DNA from: an uncultured Candidatus Saccharibacteria bacterium
GTDB lineage: Bacteria; Patescibacteriota; Doudnabacteria; UBA920
Direction of reading: 5' to 3'
NCBI GenBank assembly: GCA_964520505.1
Contig: CAZFQP010000001.1
Location: forward strand, 45,113 to 109,112
DNA: 64,000 bases
The translations under genes were made by a program, and so were the position numbers. How positions within the stretch are numbered: position 1 is the first letter of the stretch; every line of letters begins with the position of its first letter. Under the pieces are notes generated by a model. The model saw only the letters and a program-made list of their open reading frames with translations. It made no database searches and was not told the origin of the DNA. This document shows positions 46,584 through 55,701 of this stretch, piece after piece.

Positions 46584-47837
46584 ATGAAAGATTTTTTAAC
46601 AAGGTTCAAATTACAAATAATTTTATTTCTCGCGGTTTTAGGCCCGGGCTTAATTACAGCCGTGGCTGACAACGACGCCGGAGGAGTGGCTACTTATTCG
46701 GTGGCCGCTTCGTTATATGGTATGGCTTCTCAGGCCTTTGTTCCGGTAACTATTTTGCTTTTGGCTGTAACCCAGGAAATTGGAGCCCGTATTGCTATTG
46801 TGACCGGTAAAGGTTTAGGGGATCATATTCGTGAAAATTACGGTGCCCGAGTTGCGGTGTTCGTCTTCGTTGTCTATTTTATTGTAAACCAAGGCGTAGT
46901 CCTTCAAAATGTGAGTGGTTTAAAGTCTGCCTTACAGTTGTTCGATCTGCCTTGGCAAATTTCCTTAATTGTTGCTTGTTCACTTTTGATCGGTATGGTT
47001 ATATATTTAAGTTATAAGAATTTGCAGCGTTTGTTTTTGGTGACCATTTTGTTTTACGCGACTTACGTATTTAGTGCTTTTCTGTCGCATCCGAATTGGG
47101 GTGAGGCAATAAAAAACAGTTTTTTCTTCGGCCAAAAAGAACAACTCCTACATCCGGCTTATTGGTTTACTATTATTGCGGTACTCGGGACAACTGTTAC
47201 CGCCTGGGGCCAATTTTTCGTAAATAGCTATATTACAGACAAGGGCTTGAAACCTGAGCATTTAAAATCGGAAAAAACTGAGGTTTATATTGGAGCTGTA
47301 TTAACTCATTTTTTTTCTTGGATGATGGCTGTGGCTGTCACCTATACTTTATTTAATCATGGCATTAGAGTAACCGACGGTTATAGCGCAGCCGTGGCTA
47401 TCCGGCCGTTTGCAGGATACTTAGCGTCTGGCATGTTTGCAGTTGGTCTTTTTGCAGCTTCATTTTTGGGTTTGACAATCGTTCCTTTGGCGACAGCCTA
47501 TGCCTTCACTGAATTTTTTGGATACGAGAGAAGTTTGAATGCCGGTTTTACCAAAGGGCGAGTATTTTACGTATTTTTTATTTTACAAATAGCCATTAGT
47601 TTAATTATTTCGTTATTTCCAAGAGTAAATTTGTTCCAGCTGACTATTTATGCAGATTTTTTAAATGGGGCAATATTACCGGTGATCTTTTTCTTCTTAA
47701 TTAAGTTTTCCGAGGACAAGAAGATAATGGGCGAGGAATACGTTTCCAAAGGTTTTGCAAAATATTTTATTCGTGGTGCCGCTTTGGTAATTATGCTTGC
47801 GGTGTTGGCTAGCATAATCGGACGCTTTTTTATATAA
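46584..47837 (+). CDS. NRAMP-related divalent-cation transporter (divergent motif GPGLITAVADNDAGG instead of the GPGxLxxxxxxDPGN of MntH)
   Basis: 417 aa, 11 TM, Nramp-like N-terminal signature with substitutions at the canonical metal-binding DPGN motif. Confidence 0.6.
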   Translation: MKDFLTRFKLQIILFLAVLGPGLITAVADNDAGGVATYSVAASLYGMASQAFVPVTILLLAVTQEIGARIAIVTGKGLGDHIRENYGARVAVFVFVVYFIVNQGVVLQNVSGLKSALQLFDLPWQISLIVACSLLIGMVIYLSYKNLQRLFLVTILFYATYVFSAFLSHPNWGEAIKNSFFFGQKEQLLHPAYWFTIIAVLGTTVTAWGQFFVNSYITDKGLKPEHLKSEKTEVYIGAVLTHFFSWMMAVAVTYTLFNHGIRVTDGYSAAVAIRPFAGYLASGMFAVGLFAASFLGLTIVPLATAYAFTEFFGYERSLNAGFTKGRVFYVFFILQIAISLIISLFPRVNLFQLTIYADFLNGAILPVIFFFLIKFSEDKKIMGEEYVSKGFAKYFIRGAALVIMLAVLASIIGRFFI

Positions 47838-47924
47838 TTTTTTCAAATAATATTAATCGATTAGCACTAATGGCCAGCGTTAATTTTTTATAGTATAATT
47901 TGGAGTACTAAAGTTGAAATAATT

Positions 47925-49667
47925 ATGGATGTGTTACTAAAGTATTTAAAGGCTTATTGGAAGCTAATTGCCCTGGCTTTATTTTTGGCTGCCATTAACC
48001 AAATTTTTTCCTTATTGGATCCATACGTTTTTCGTTTGATAATGGATAACTATGTTACCAGGTTTGGAGAGCTGACAAAGATTGAATTCTTTCGCGGAGT
48101 CGGGCTACTTTTATTGTTGTCTATGGGTACAGCCTTAGTCTCCCGCATTGCCAAAAATTTTCAGGATTTTTATGTAAATACCGTCACTCAGCGTTTGGGC
48201 GCCAAAATGTATACTGACGGCTTGGCGCATAGTTTGAAGTTGCCTTACCAGGTGTTTGAAGACCAGCGCAGCGGGGAAACTTTGGAAAAATTACAACGCG
48301 TGCGGCAAGATACCCAAGGGCTGATTGCCAATTTTATAAATGTATTGTTTTTTAGTTTAATCGGATTTATATTTGTTTTTGTTTATGCATTTTTTGTGTC
48401 CTGGGTGGTGGCGGCTGTTTATTTTGCCGTTGTGCCGATAATCTCTGTGGCCACTATGGTATTAAGCAGAAAAATTAAGGCAGTTCAGATAAAAATTGTA
48501 AAAGAAAGTACCGCGCTAGCCGGCAGTACAACGGAAAGTTTGCGCAATATTGAAATGGTCAAATCTATGGGCCTTGCCGGCGAAGAAATTGGCAGGCTCA
48601 ATAGCACCACCGAAGCGATTTTAAAACTGGAGCTGGAAAAAGTTAAGTACGTGCGAACTTTAAGTTTTGTCCAAGGCACGCTCATTAACTTACTGCGCAC
48701 AACAATTTTGTTTGTGATGATGTATTTGGTTTATTCCAAAAGCATTACCATTGGAGAATTTTTCTCCTTGTGGATTTACTCTTTCTTTTTGTTCAACCCC
48801 TTGCAGCAGCTGGGGGACGTAGTAAATTCTTATCGTGAATCTCAGGCCAGTTTGGATAACTTTAAGAAAATTCTTTCCACGCCAAAAGAACCAACGCCCC
48901 AGAATCCTAAAAACGTTGGAAAACTGCAGCAGATAAATTTTTCCGGCGTGACTTTTAGTCATTTAACCGCGAAGCGTCCGGCAATAGACAATATTACTTT
49001 TGAAGCAAAAAAAGGGGAGACCATAGCTTTTGTCGGGCCATCCGGCAGCGGCAAAACAACTTTAATCAAGTTGTTGGTTGGCTTATACCGTCCGGCATCG
49101 GGAAAAATAAATTATAACCAAATAGATTTGGAAGCTGCCGATTTGGAAAGTTTACGCTCGCAAATCGGATTGGTTACTCAAGACACTCAATTATTTGCCG
49201 GGAGCATTCGCGATAATTTAAAATTTGCTCGTTCTTCGGCGACAGATCAAGAATTAAACCAGGCTTTAGACCGCGCTGCGGCGCAAACCTTAATGCAAAG
49301 AGCAACTCAGGGGTTAGATACCATAATCGGCGAAGGTGGGGTAAAAGTTTCCGGCGGAGAAAAACAGCGGCTGTCTATTGCCCGAGCACTGCTCAGGCGG
49401 CCAACTTTGTTGGTGTTTGACGAGGCCACGTCGGCTTTAGATTCTTTAACTGAGCTGCAAATTACGGAGACGATAAAAAATCTTTCAGCGGACAAAGAAC
49501 AAATTACCGTGCTCGTAGCGCACCGTTTGTCTACAATTATGCACGCTGACAGAATTTATGTTTTGGAAAAAGGAAAAATGGCCGAAGTAGGCAGGCATGA
49601 AGATTTGCTTAACGAAAAAGGTTTATATTATGCTATGTGGCGCCAGCAAATAGGCGAGAGCGAATAA
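47925..49667 (+). CDS. ABC exporter, fused permease/ATPase (MsbA-like)
   Basis: 6 TM N-terminal domain; Walker A GPSGSGKTT, signature VSGGEKQRLSIARAL, Walker B LLVFDEATSALD. Confidence 0.9.
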   Translation: MDVLLKYLKAYWKLIALALFLAAINQIFSLLDPYVFRLIMDNYVTRFGELTKIEFFRGVGLLLLLSMGTALVSRIAKNFQDFYVNTVTQRLGAKMYTDGLAHSLKLPYQVFEDQRSGETLEKLQRVRQDTQGLIANFINVLFFSLIGFIFVFVYAFFVSWVVAAVYFAVVPIISVATMVLSRKIKAVQIKIVKESTALAGSTTESLRNIEMVKSMGLAGEEIGRLNSTTEAILKLELEKVKYVRTLSFVQGTLINLLRTTILFVMMYLVYSKSITIGEFFSLWIYSFFLFNPLQQLGDVVNSYRESQASLDNFKKILSTPKEPTPQNPKNVGKLQQINFSGVTFSHLTAKRPAIDNITFEAKKGETIAFVGPSGSGKTTLIKLLVGLYRPASGKINYNQIDLEAADLESLRSQIGLVTQDTQLFAGSIRDNLKFARSSATDQELNQALDRAAAQTLMQRATQGLDTIIGEGGVKVSGGEKQRLSIARALLRRPTLLVFDEATSALDSLTELQITETIKNLSADKEQITVLVAHRLSTIMHADRIYVLEKGKMAEVGRHEDLLNEKGLYYAMWRQQIGESE

Positions 49668-49680
49668 TTGTAATTTAAAA

Positions 49681-49710
49681 ATATCCGGCCTTAAAGGCCG
49701 GATATTTTTT
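49681..49710. terminator. Bidirectional terminator ATATCCGGCC-TTAAA-GGCCGGATAT plus T-tract
   Basis: Perfect 10-bp stem between convergent genes. Confidence 0.7.
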
Positions 49711-50395
49711 ATACGATGTCGTTTTTTTCAATTTTTACAAATTGGCCAAGCGGTAAGTTTTTTGGCAGCAATAATTTATTTATACGAATTCGTTTGAGGT
49801 TGGTGACAGTTAATCCAACTGTGGTAAACATTCTTCTAACTTGGCGTTTTTTGCCTTCGTGGATAACAATACGTACCTTACCGTCACGTTGTTTAACCAA
49901 GGCCGGATAAGTAGTGCCGGTGGCTATTTCTACTCCTGTGCGCAAGTGCTCCAGCTGGCTTTCGGTTGGCGGCTCCTGGGTGGAGACTTCGTATTCTTTT
50001 TCGTGTTCATATTTTGGATGGGATAGTTCCTGTGTCAGTTCACCGTCGTTAGTTAGCAGTAGTAAGCCCTCGGTGTCGGCATCCAGTCTGCCTACATTCC
50101 AGACTTTTGTCCTTAAATCATCCGGTAAAAGTTCAAATACAGTTTTTCTGTGCTGCGGATCGCTTTTGCTGACCACATAACCCTTTGGCTTGTTGAGCAT
50201 AATATAAACCAGCTCTTCGTTTGCCTTTACCACCTTGCCATAGACCTTAACAATGTCCGTGTTCGGATTTACTTTGTCGCCCAGTTTGGCTTTGCGCCCA
50301 TTAATAAGAACCTGGCCGGATTTAATAAACTCTTCGGCTTTTCTGCGGCTGGCAACCCCAGCCTGGCTAATAAATTTTTGTACACGTTCTTCCAT
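49709..50395 (-). CDS. RsuA/RluB-family pseudouridine synthase (S4 domain plus catalytic domain)
   Basis: N-terminal S4 (FISQAGVASRRKAEEFIKSGQVLING); catalytic GRLDADTEGLLLLTND motif. Confidence 0.85.
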   Translation of the reverse strand: MEERVQKFISQAGVASRRKAEEFIKSGQVLINGRKAKLGDKVNPNTDIVKVYGKVVKANEELVYIMLNKPKGYVVSKSDPQHRKTVFELLPDDLRTKVWNVGRLDADTEGLLLLTNDGELTQELSHPKYEHEKEYEVSTQEPPTESQLEHLRTGVEIATGTTYPALVKQRDGKVRIVIHEGKKRQVRRMFTTVGLTVTNLKRIRINKLLLPKNLPLGQFVKIEKNDIV

Positions 50396-50462
50396 AAAAA
50401 TATTTAGAATATTAGATGTAGATGATAGATGCTAACTGCTGTATAAATTATATTATACAGAA

Positions 50463-50481
50463 TATGGTATAATTAAGCTAC
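50463..50481. promoter_or_regulatory. Extended -10 promoter element TATGGTATAATTAAGCTAC; an identical 19-mer recurs at 63139-63157
   Basis: TGgTATAAT consensus; exact 19/19 identity between the two sites. Confidence 0.5.
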
Positions 50482-50572
50482 CCTTAAGAATTAAAGACAG
50501 TAAAATGAACCCCGTTAGAAGTTAAATCTGAAAGATAGCTTTAAACGGGTAAATCATTAATCAAAAAAAATT

Positions 50573-51103
50573 ATGGAAACTTCTAACAGGGTAAACAAGA
50601 AAAATTTACCTTTAATTATTGCCCTTAGCTTGCCGATTATTATGATAATTGTTTTGGCGGCTGCTATTTATTTGCCGGGAGTAAATAAGAAACCGGCTCA
50701 TAATTTTCTTTATGCCACCGGCGGTAATACATATTATGGACAATTGAAGTATACGGTTTCGGGGGAATATTTAAAAGAAAACCGCGTGCCGCCTAATCCA
50801 AATGATCCTTATTATAAAGGGGTAGATCAAATTACGAATTTGTATTTGTATGATGTAGAAAAAGATTCTTCTACCGAATTAACTTTTGACCAGGCATCTA
50901 AATATCGCCTTGATCCAAGCACCATATCTGATGACGGCTATAAAGTAGAGCGGGGGAATAGTAACGGGGATTTTATATTTGGCTCCGGCGGAGGAGACTA
51001 TAACAGCTGGTTTATTAAAGGACATAACCGCAGTAAAAAATTAAAACTGAATGTAAGTACTGCAAATTATTATGACGTTCAATTTTTAGGGTGGGTGAAG
51101 TAA
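50573..51103 (+). CDS. Hypothetical membrane-anchored protein
   Basis: N-terminal TM, 176 aa. Confidence 0.45.
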   Translation: METSNRVNKKNLPLIIALSLPIIMIIVLAAAIYLPGVNKKPAHNFLYATGGNTYYGQLKYTVSGEYLKENRVPPNPNDPYYKGVDQITNLYLYDVEKDSSTELTFDQASKYRLDPSTISDDGYKVERGNSNGDFIFGSGGGDYNSWFIKGHNRSKKLKLNVSTANYYDVQFLGWVK

Positions 51104-51128
51104 TTTAGCAAAATTAAGGAATCAATAT

Positions 51129-52130
51129 ATGGAAACTATTAACAAGCCAAGCAAGCAGCAAGTTTTGTTGGAAGTTAAACAAATGGCAGAGGCTGGGCAA
51201 TTAAGCCGGGAAGAAGTTTTGGCAGTTTTGCCAATTCACAATATTGAGCCAGATACCTTGCAGCATCGTTTAAGCCTTTCAGAAATAATGTATTATATTG
51301 GCGGCGCGATTGTATTTTTAGGAATTATAGTCCTGGCTTTTCAAAATTGGGAGAGTTTCTCCAGTCCGGTTAGAGTGCTTTTGACTTTAGGTAGTGGGGT
51401 TGTGGCTTATGTTGTAGCCGCCTTATTGTACCGCTACGAAAACTTAAAAAAGATTTCTCAGGCCTTCTTTTTAATTGCCGGCTGCTTGGCCCCGCTGGGC
51501 TTAAACGTAGCAGCTAAAGAAGCGGGGATAGACATCGCATCAGACAGCTTTCAGACATTAGTTTTTCTTGTTTTAACTACTTTATTTTTGGGCTCTCTGT
51601 GGTTTTTTCGCCAGACAATATTATTATTTTTTGGAATAGTTTTTTCCACGGTTTTATTCCATTTCTTGGTTAACCTAGTAGTTGGACAAAATCTTTTAAG
51701 TGAAAACACCGAAAAAATTTGGCAGTATCGGATTTTGGTGGAAGGTATTGCCTGGGCAAGTTTAGGATTTTATTTAAAGCCCACATCATTTAAAGCATTA
51801 ACAGGTATTTTATATGGTTTTGGCGTTTTAGCCTTTTTGGGCTCGGCCATGGCTTTGGGTGGATGGCTGCCTAACCAAAATGCTTTTTGGGAACTAATTT
51901 ATCCGTTATTGGTTTTTGGTGTAATTTTCTTGAGTGTTTATGTTAAAAGTAAATCGTTTTTGGTGTTTGGGTCTATTTTTTTAATTGGTTACATTCTCAA
52001 ACTTACCGGGGAATATTTTAGCGAAGGACTTGGTTGGCCATTGGCGCTGGTTCTGGCCGGCTTGGCGATTATGGGAGTAGGGTATTATGCAGTCAGGCTA
52101 AATAAAAAATATTTTGCCGAAAAGATATAA
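51129..52130 (+). CDS. Hypothetical polytopic membrane protein
   Basis: 333 aa, about 9 TM. Confidence 0.5.
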   Translation: METINKPSKQQVLLEVKQMAEAGQLSREEVLAVLPIHNIEPDTLQHRLSLSEIMYYIGGAIVFLGIIVLAFQNWESFSSPVRVLLTLGSGVVAYVVAALLYRYENLKKISQAFFLIAGCLAPLGLNVAAKEAGIDIASDSFQTLVFLVLTTLFLGSLWFFRQTILLFFGIVFSTVLFHFLVNLVVGQNLLSENTEKIWQYRILVEGIAWASLGFYLKPTSFKALTGILYGFGVLAFLGSAMALGGWLPNQNAFWELIYPLLVFGVIFLSVYVKSKSFLVFGSIFLIGYILKLTGEYFSEGLGWPLALVLAGLAIMGVGYYAVRLNKKYFAEKI

Positions 52131-52147
52131 GCTATATAACAAAACAA

Positions 52148-52188
52148 ACAGAGCCGTCTTCTCATAAAAGAAGACGGCTCTGTTTGTT
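52148..52188 (+). terminator. Rho-independent terminator ACAGAGCCGTCTTCT-CATAAA-AGAAGACGGCTCTGT plus TTGTT
   Basis: 15-bp perfect stem. Confidence 0.7.
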
Positions 52189-52233
52189 AGTGTATGGCGT
52201 ACGCCAGACGTATCCGCCTGAGGCGGAGTAGTC

Positions 52234-52308
52234 TGGTGCGCCCGGGTGGAATCGAACCAACATCAATGCCTTAGAAGAGCACTGCTCTATCCATTGAGCT
52301 ACGGGCGC
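52234..52308 (-). tRNA. tRNA-Arg (anticodon TCT), CCA encoded
   Basis: Acceptor GCGCCCG/CGGGCGC, anticodon loop CTTCTAA, T-loop GGTTCGATTCC. Confidence 0.8.
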
Positions 52309-52464
52309 TCGTGATTAAAAAAGTATACTTTAGCCGGCCTTCGCAATTTTATTTGATCCTGTCTAGTCGATGATTGCTTTGGCGCGCAGACTTCGTTTTT
52401 TCGATTAGTCTACACTTCACCATTCTTAGATTTGGCGTAAGCCAGACGAAGCTTTAGCGAAGTC

Positions 52465-52541
52465 TGGTGATCGCGGCAGGAGTCGAACCTGCGACCTTCA
52501 GCTCCGCAAGCTGACGCTCTATCCAACTGAGCTACGCGACC
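52465..52541 (-). tRNA. tRNA-Arg (anticodon read as GCG), CCA encoded
   Basis: Acceptor GGTCGCG/CGCGATC (G-U at pair 2), anticodon stem TCAGC/GCTGA, loop TTGCGGA, T-loop GGTTCGACTCC. Confidence 0.65.
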
Positions 52542-52859
52542 TCACCAATTAACAAAGGCTGCGAAAAATTATTTTGCGGATTTATATTTTAACCGAACTT
52601 GATAAACTATAGCATAATTGCTGGGGTTTTTCAAGCGGCAAAAAGCAGTGGATAAAAAGTGGTAAACAGGTTCATAAATGGTTATTGAAATCCGCTTAAT
52701 TATTCCTATTTAAGGCTTTAATTCGGGGTAATTATTTTTTCCTGTTTTAAGTATCGTTAGTATATAAAATAGCCGTTGACATATTTTATAAAAAGAGTTA
52801 AACCGTAAGTAGAGGGAAGAAAGGAGAAGTTTTTAAGAATAAATCAACAATTAATTAAC

Positions 52860-53054
52860 TTGGAGGAGGTGATTTATGTGCAAAACTTCTATATGTATAT
52901 GTGTGACGTCTGCGGATTTTCGAGGCAGAACGATGGCTATTGTCCGCATTGTGAAATACCGCTGACGGAATATAGCAAAGAAGAACAAAGAGAATATCAG
53001 GTGGATATGGAAGAAGCGATGCGGGCGATGAGTGAATATAAGTGGTATGTGTAG
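52860..53054 (+). CDS. Small zinc-ribbon protein (CxxC...CxxC); true start probably the GTG after GGAGGAGGTGA
   Basis: MYMCDVCGF...YCPHCE; strong SD GGAGGAGG. Confidence 0.5.
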   Translation: MEEVIYVQNFYMYMCDVCGFSRQNDGYCPHCEIPLTEYSKEEQREYQVDMEEAMRAMSEYKWYV

Positions 53055-53172
53055 AATTAGTATTTAGAATTAAGTATTAAGGGAAAATGCAGAAATCAGC
53101 GATATAAAAAGACCTTTATGGAAACATAAAGGTCTTTTTGATTAATATGTGATATTTGCTTTCAGGTGACGG

Positions 53173-54237
53173 TTATTTTTTATCGTGGAATTTTTTATGA
53201 ATGTCACGCAGGCCTTGGTTGGTAATGTGGGTGTAAATTTGCGTGGTGGTAATAGACGCGTGGCCCAGCAGGGTTTGCACAGAACGAATGTCAGCTCCGT
53301 TTTGCAGCAAGTCTGTGGCAAAACTGTGGCGTAAAGTATGTGGGCTAACTTTTTTTATTATTCCTGCTACCCGGCAATATTTTTTTATTATTCTTTGGAT
53401 TTGCCTAACAGTTAGTCCGCTGGCTTTATTGGTGCTATTTTTATCAGCGTTTTTGCCAAAGCCTTGGCTGGCAATTTCTTTTTCAACTTTTTTTTGCTCG
53501 GCTAATATTTTGGCAGCCTTGGAGCCGGCAGATTGTTTGGAGTCAGGGGATACTTGACCGATTTCCGAGTGGCCGACAAACAGCGCTTTGCTGTTATCTT
53601 TTCGTTTAGCCAGATATTTTTTTATGGTTTCGGCTGCTTCATCCGACAAAAACACCAGACGCAGCTTGCTTCCTTTGCCGCGTACGGTGAATTCCCTCCG
53701 GTCGAGGTTAATACTTTCAGTTTTTAAAGAAGCCAATTCGGAAACGCGCAAGCCCGTGGAAAATAGTGTGTGCAAGATTGCTGAATCCCGCAGGCGCAAC
53801 AGTTCGTTTTTTTCTTGGGAAATAGCTGAAAATAATCTTTCCAGTTCTTCCTTTTCCAAAAACTCCACCTGGCGTTGGGGATTTTTGGGCAGTTCAATTT
53901 TTTCAGGAGATAAAGTTTTTACGTCCTGCTTTGCCAGGTATTTTAAAAAGGCGCGAAGGGCTATTAAATGGTAATTTTGGGTAATTAATTTAAGACTATT
54001 GCCCTTGTTGTCGGTAAGTCGGTTGAGAAAGAGCCGATATTTTTTTACGGTTTCTAAGTCTATATTTTTCGGGTCAAAAATGTTTAAAGTTGCCGCAAAG
54101 GCAAGAAACTTATGCAGATAACGGTAATAAGCCGCAATAGTGTTGCGGCTTTGGTTTTTTCCAATCTCACAGTATTCCAAAAACTCAGAGATATAGCGGT
54201 AAAGAGGGGAGTCTATTTTTATTTTAGTTTCCACCAT
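53173..54237 (-). CDS. Tyrosine recombinase (XerC/XerD/phage-integrase family) with an internal roughly 80-aa low-complexity insertion
   Basis: C-terminal catalytic region HTLRHSFATDLLQNGADIRSVQTLLGHASITTTQIYTH (R...HxxR...Y); insert KRKDNSKALFVGHSEIGQVSPDSKQSAGSKAAK...NADKNSTNKASG upstream of it. Confidence 0.8.
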   Translation of the reverse strand: MVETKIKIDSPLYRYISEFLEYCEIGKNQSRNTIAAYYRYLHKFLAFAATLNIFDPKNIDLETVKKYRLFLNRLTDNKGNSLKLITQNYHLIALRAFLKYLAKQDVKTLSPEKIELPKNPQRQVEFLEKEELERLFSAISQEKNELLRLRDSAILHTLFSTGLRVSELASLKTESINLDRREFTVRGKGSKLRLVFLSDEAAETIKKYLAKRKDNSKALFVGHSEIGQVSPDSKQSAGSKAAKILAEQKKVEKEIASQGFGKNADKNSTNKASGLTVRQIQRIIKKYCRVAGIIKKVSPHTLRHSFATDLLQNGADIRSVQTLLGHASITTTQIYTHITNQGLRDIHKKFHDKK

Positions 54238-54249
54238 TTGAATGTTATT

Positions 54250-54345
54250 AATGCGTTATGCGACACCAAAGGTTGTCCACAATGTCCACAAGGCATATTA
54301 CGACCAGGCCAAAAATCAACAGTATTAAAATGCGTTATGCGACAC
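54250..54345. repeat. Two 17-bp direct repeats AATGCGTTATGCGACAC (54250-54266, 54329-54345) bracketing a TGTCCACA-repeat spacer in the divergent promoter region
   Basis: Exact copies read from sequence. Confidence 0.6.
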
Positions 54346-54381
54346 TGTTAGTATAGCAGATTTTGCGCTAAACTTACAGGT

Positions 54382-55230
54382 ATGAGAATTTTAGCCATAT
54401 CTTCTAAAGAAACTTATGCAGCCAGGCGGTTGTTAGCCGAAGCTTTGGTTTCAAATTGTAATTTTGTTGTAATGCCAATAGGCGAATTGGCCTCTAGGCA
54501 GTTTGAGGTTGACCCGGAAGAGTTTGATGTTTTGTATGTTCGTAATCCTTACCAGGATAGAAGCGGTAAGTATCTTTCCGGAGTTGTGGATTTAGCAAAA
54601 AAATTTAAAAACGCCGGGAAAAAAGTTGTAGATGCCGTAATTGCCAACGGAATGTTGGGCGGCGGCAAATGGGATGACTATGAGGCTTTGCTTTCTAATG
54701 GATTACCAATTCCCAAAACCGAAATGTATAACGAACAGTCTCAGATTTTAAAACAGGAACGATTTATTTTAAAGTGGATTTATGGATTTAAAGGTAAGAA
54801 TGTGTATTTGGCCAAAAACGGAGACAGGATATTAAGTCACCATCCGTATTCTGAATTAATGTTGCAAGAGTATGTGGACGCCGAGTTTGAATATAAGGTA
54901 ATGACTGTTGGTTTTAAGGCTTTGCCGGTTGTTTTAAAATTTGCCATAAGTCATATAACCAAACGTCCGGATTTTGAAAAATTTCAAGTACTGGATTTAA
55001 CGGTCACCAAAGAGGATCAGATATTAAACGAGGCAGCTAGGCTGGCACAGCAGTCGTCTCAGGTTTTGGGTCGCGAGTTGGCCAAAACCGATATTTTGGA
55101 GAAAAACGGGAAACTGTATATTTTAGAAGTTAACAGGTTTCCAGGCTTGGATTCATTTGAAAGACTGACAAAATTCAACGTGGCAAAAGAATTCATATCG
55201 TATTTACAAAATTCGACTAATAAGGTATAA
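54382..55230 (+). CDS. RimK-like ATP-grasp ligase
   Basis: ATP-grasp C-terminal motif LYILEVNRFPGL; overall about 280 aa like RimK/GshB-type enzymes. Confidence 0.6.
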   Translation: MRILAISSKETYAARRLLAEALVSNCNFVVMPIGELASRQFEVDPEEFDVLYVRNPYQDRSGKYLSGVVDLAKKFKNAGKKVVDAVIANGMLGGGKWDDYEALLSNGLPIPKTEMYNEQSQILKQERFILKWIYGFKGKNVYLAKNGDRILSHHPYSELMLQEYVDAEFEYKVMTVGFKALPVVLKFAISHITKRPDFEKFQVLDLTVTKEDQILNEAARLAQQSSQVLGRELAKTDILEKNGKLYILEVNRFPGLDSFERLTKFNVAKEFISYLQNSTNKV

Positions 55231-55393
55231 TATATTTAATAATTTTAATCCACGAAATAGTTTTAAAGCCGTGTTATTATAAGTTTCAGTAATTTCTCAA
55301 TTTCATTCTCAAATTTAGTTTCAAAAATGAAATTTAGAAAGATGCAAACTTACAAATTTCAAGCTACTATTTACGTGCAGAAGGAGCATTATT

Positions 55394-55672
55394 ATGCTTA
55401 GCCCAAAAGAAAAGAACGCCATTATTAAGAAGTTCCAAACACATAAGGACGACACCGGCAGTCCCGAAGTTCAGGTTGCCATTTTAACTAAAGAAATTGA
55501 ACAGGTTTCCGAACACTTGAAAGTGCACCGCAAAGACAACCATTCCAGAAGAGGTTTGCTTAAAATGGTTGGTAATCGCCGTCGCCTTTTGAGATTCTTG
55601 AAAAATGAAGACCAAAAGCGCTATGAAAAATTGGCCGACAAATTGAAATTGAAGATCGCAGAAAAGGCCTAG
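55394..55672 (+). CDS. rpsO: 30S ribosomal protein S15
   Basis: [48 protein letters not shown] matches the S15 core. Confidence 0.9.
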   Translation: MLSPKEKNAIIKKFQTHKDDTGSPEVQVAILTKEIEQVSEHLKVHRKDNHSRRGLLKMVGNRRRLLRFLKNEDQKRYEKLADKLKLKIAEKA

Positions 55673-55701
55673 TATATCAATAACTAAAACTAATTAAAAA
55701 A

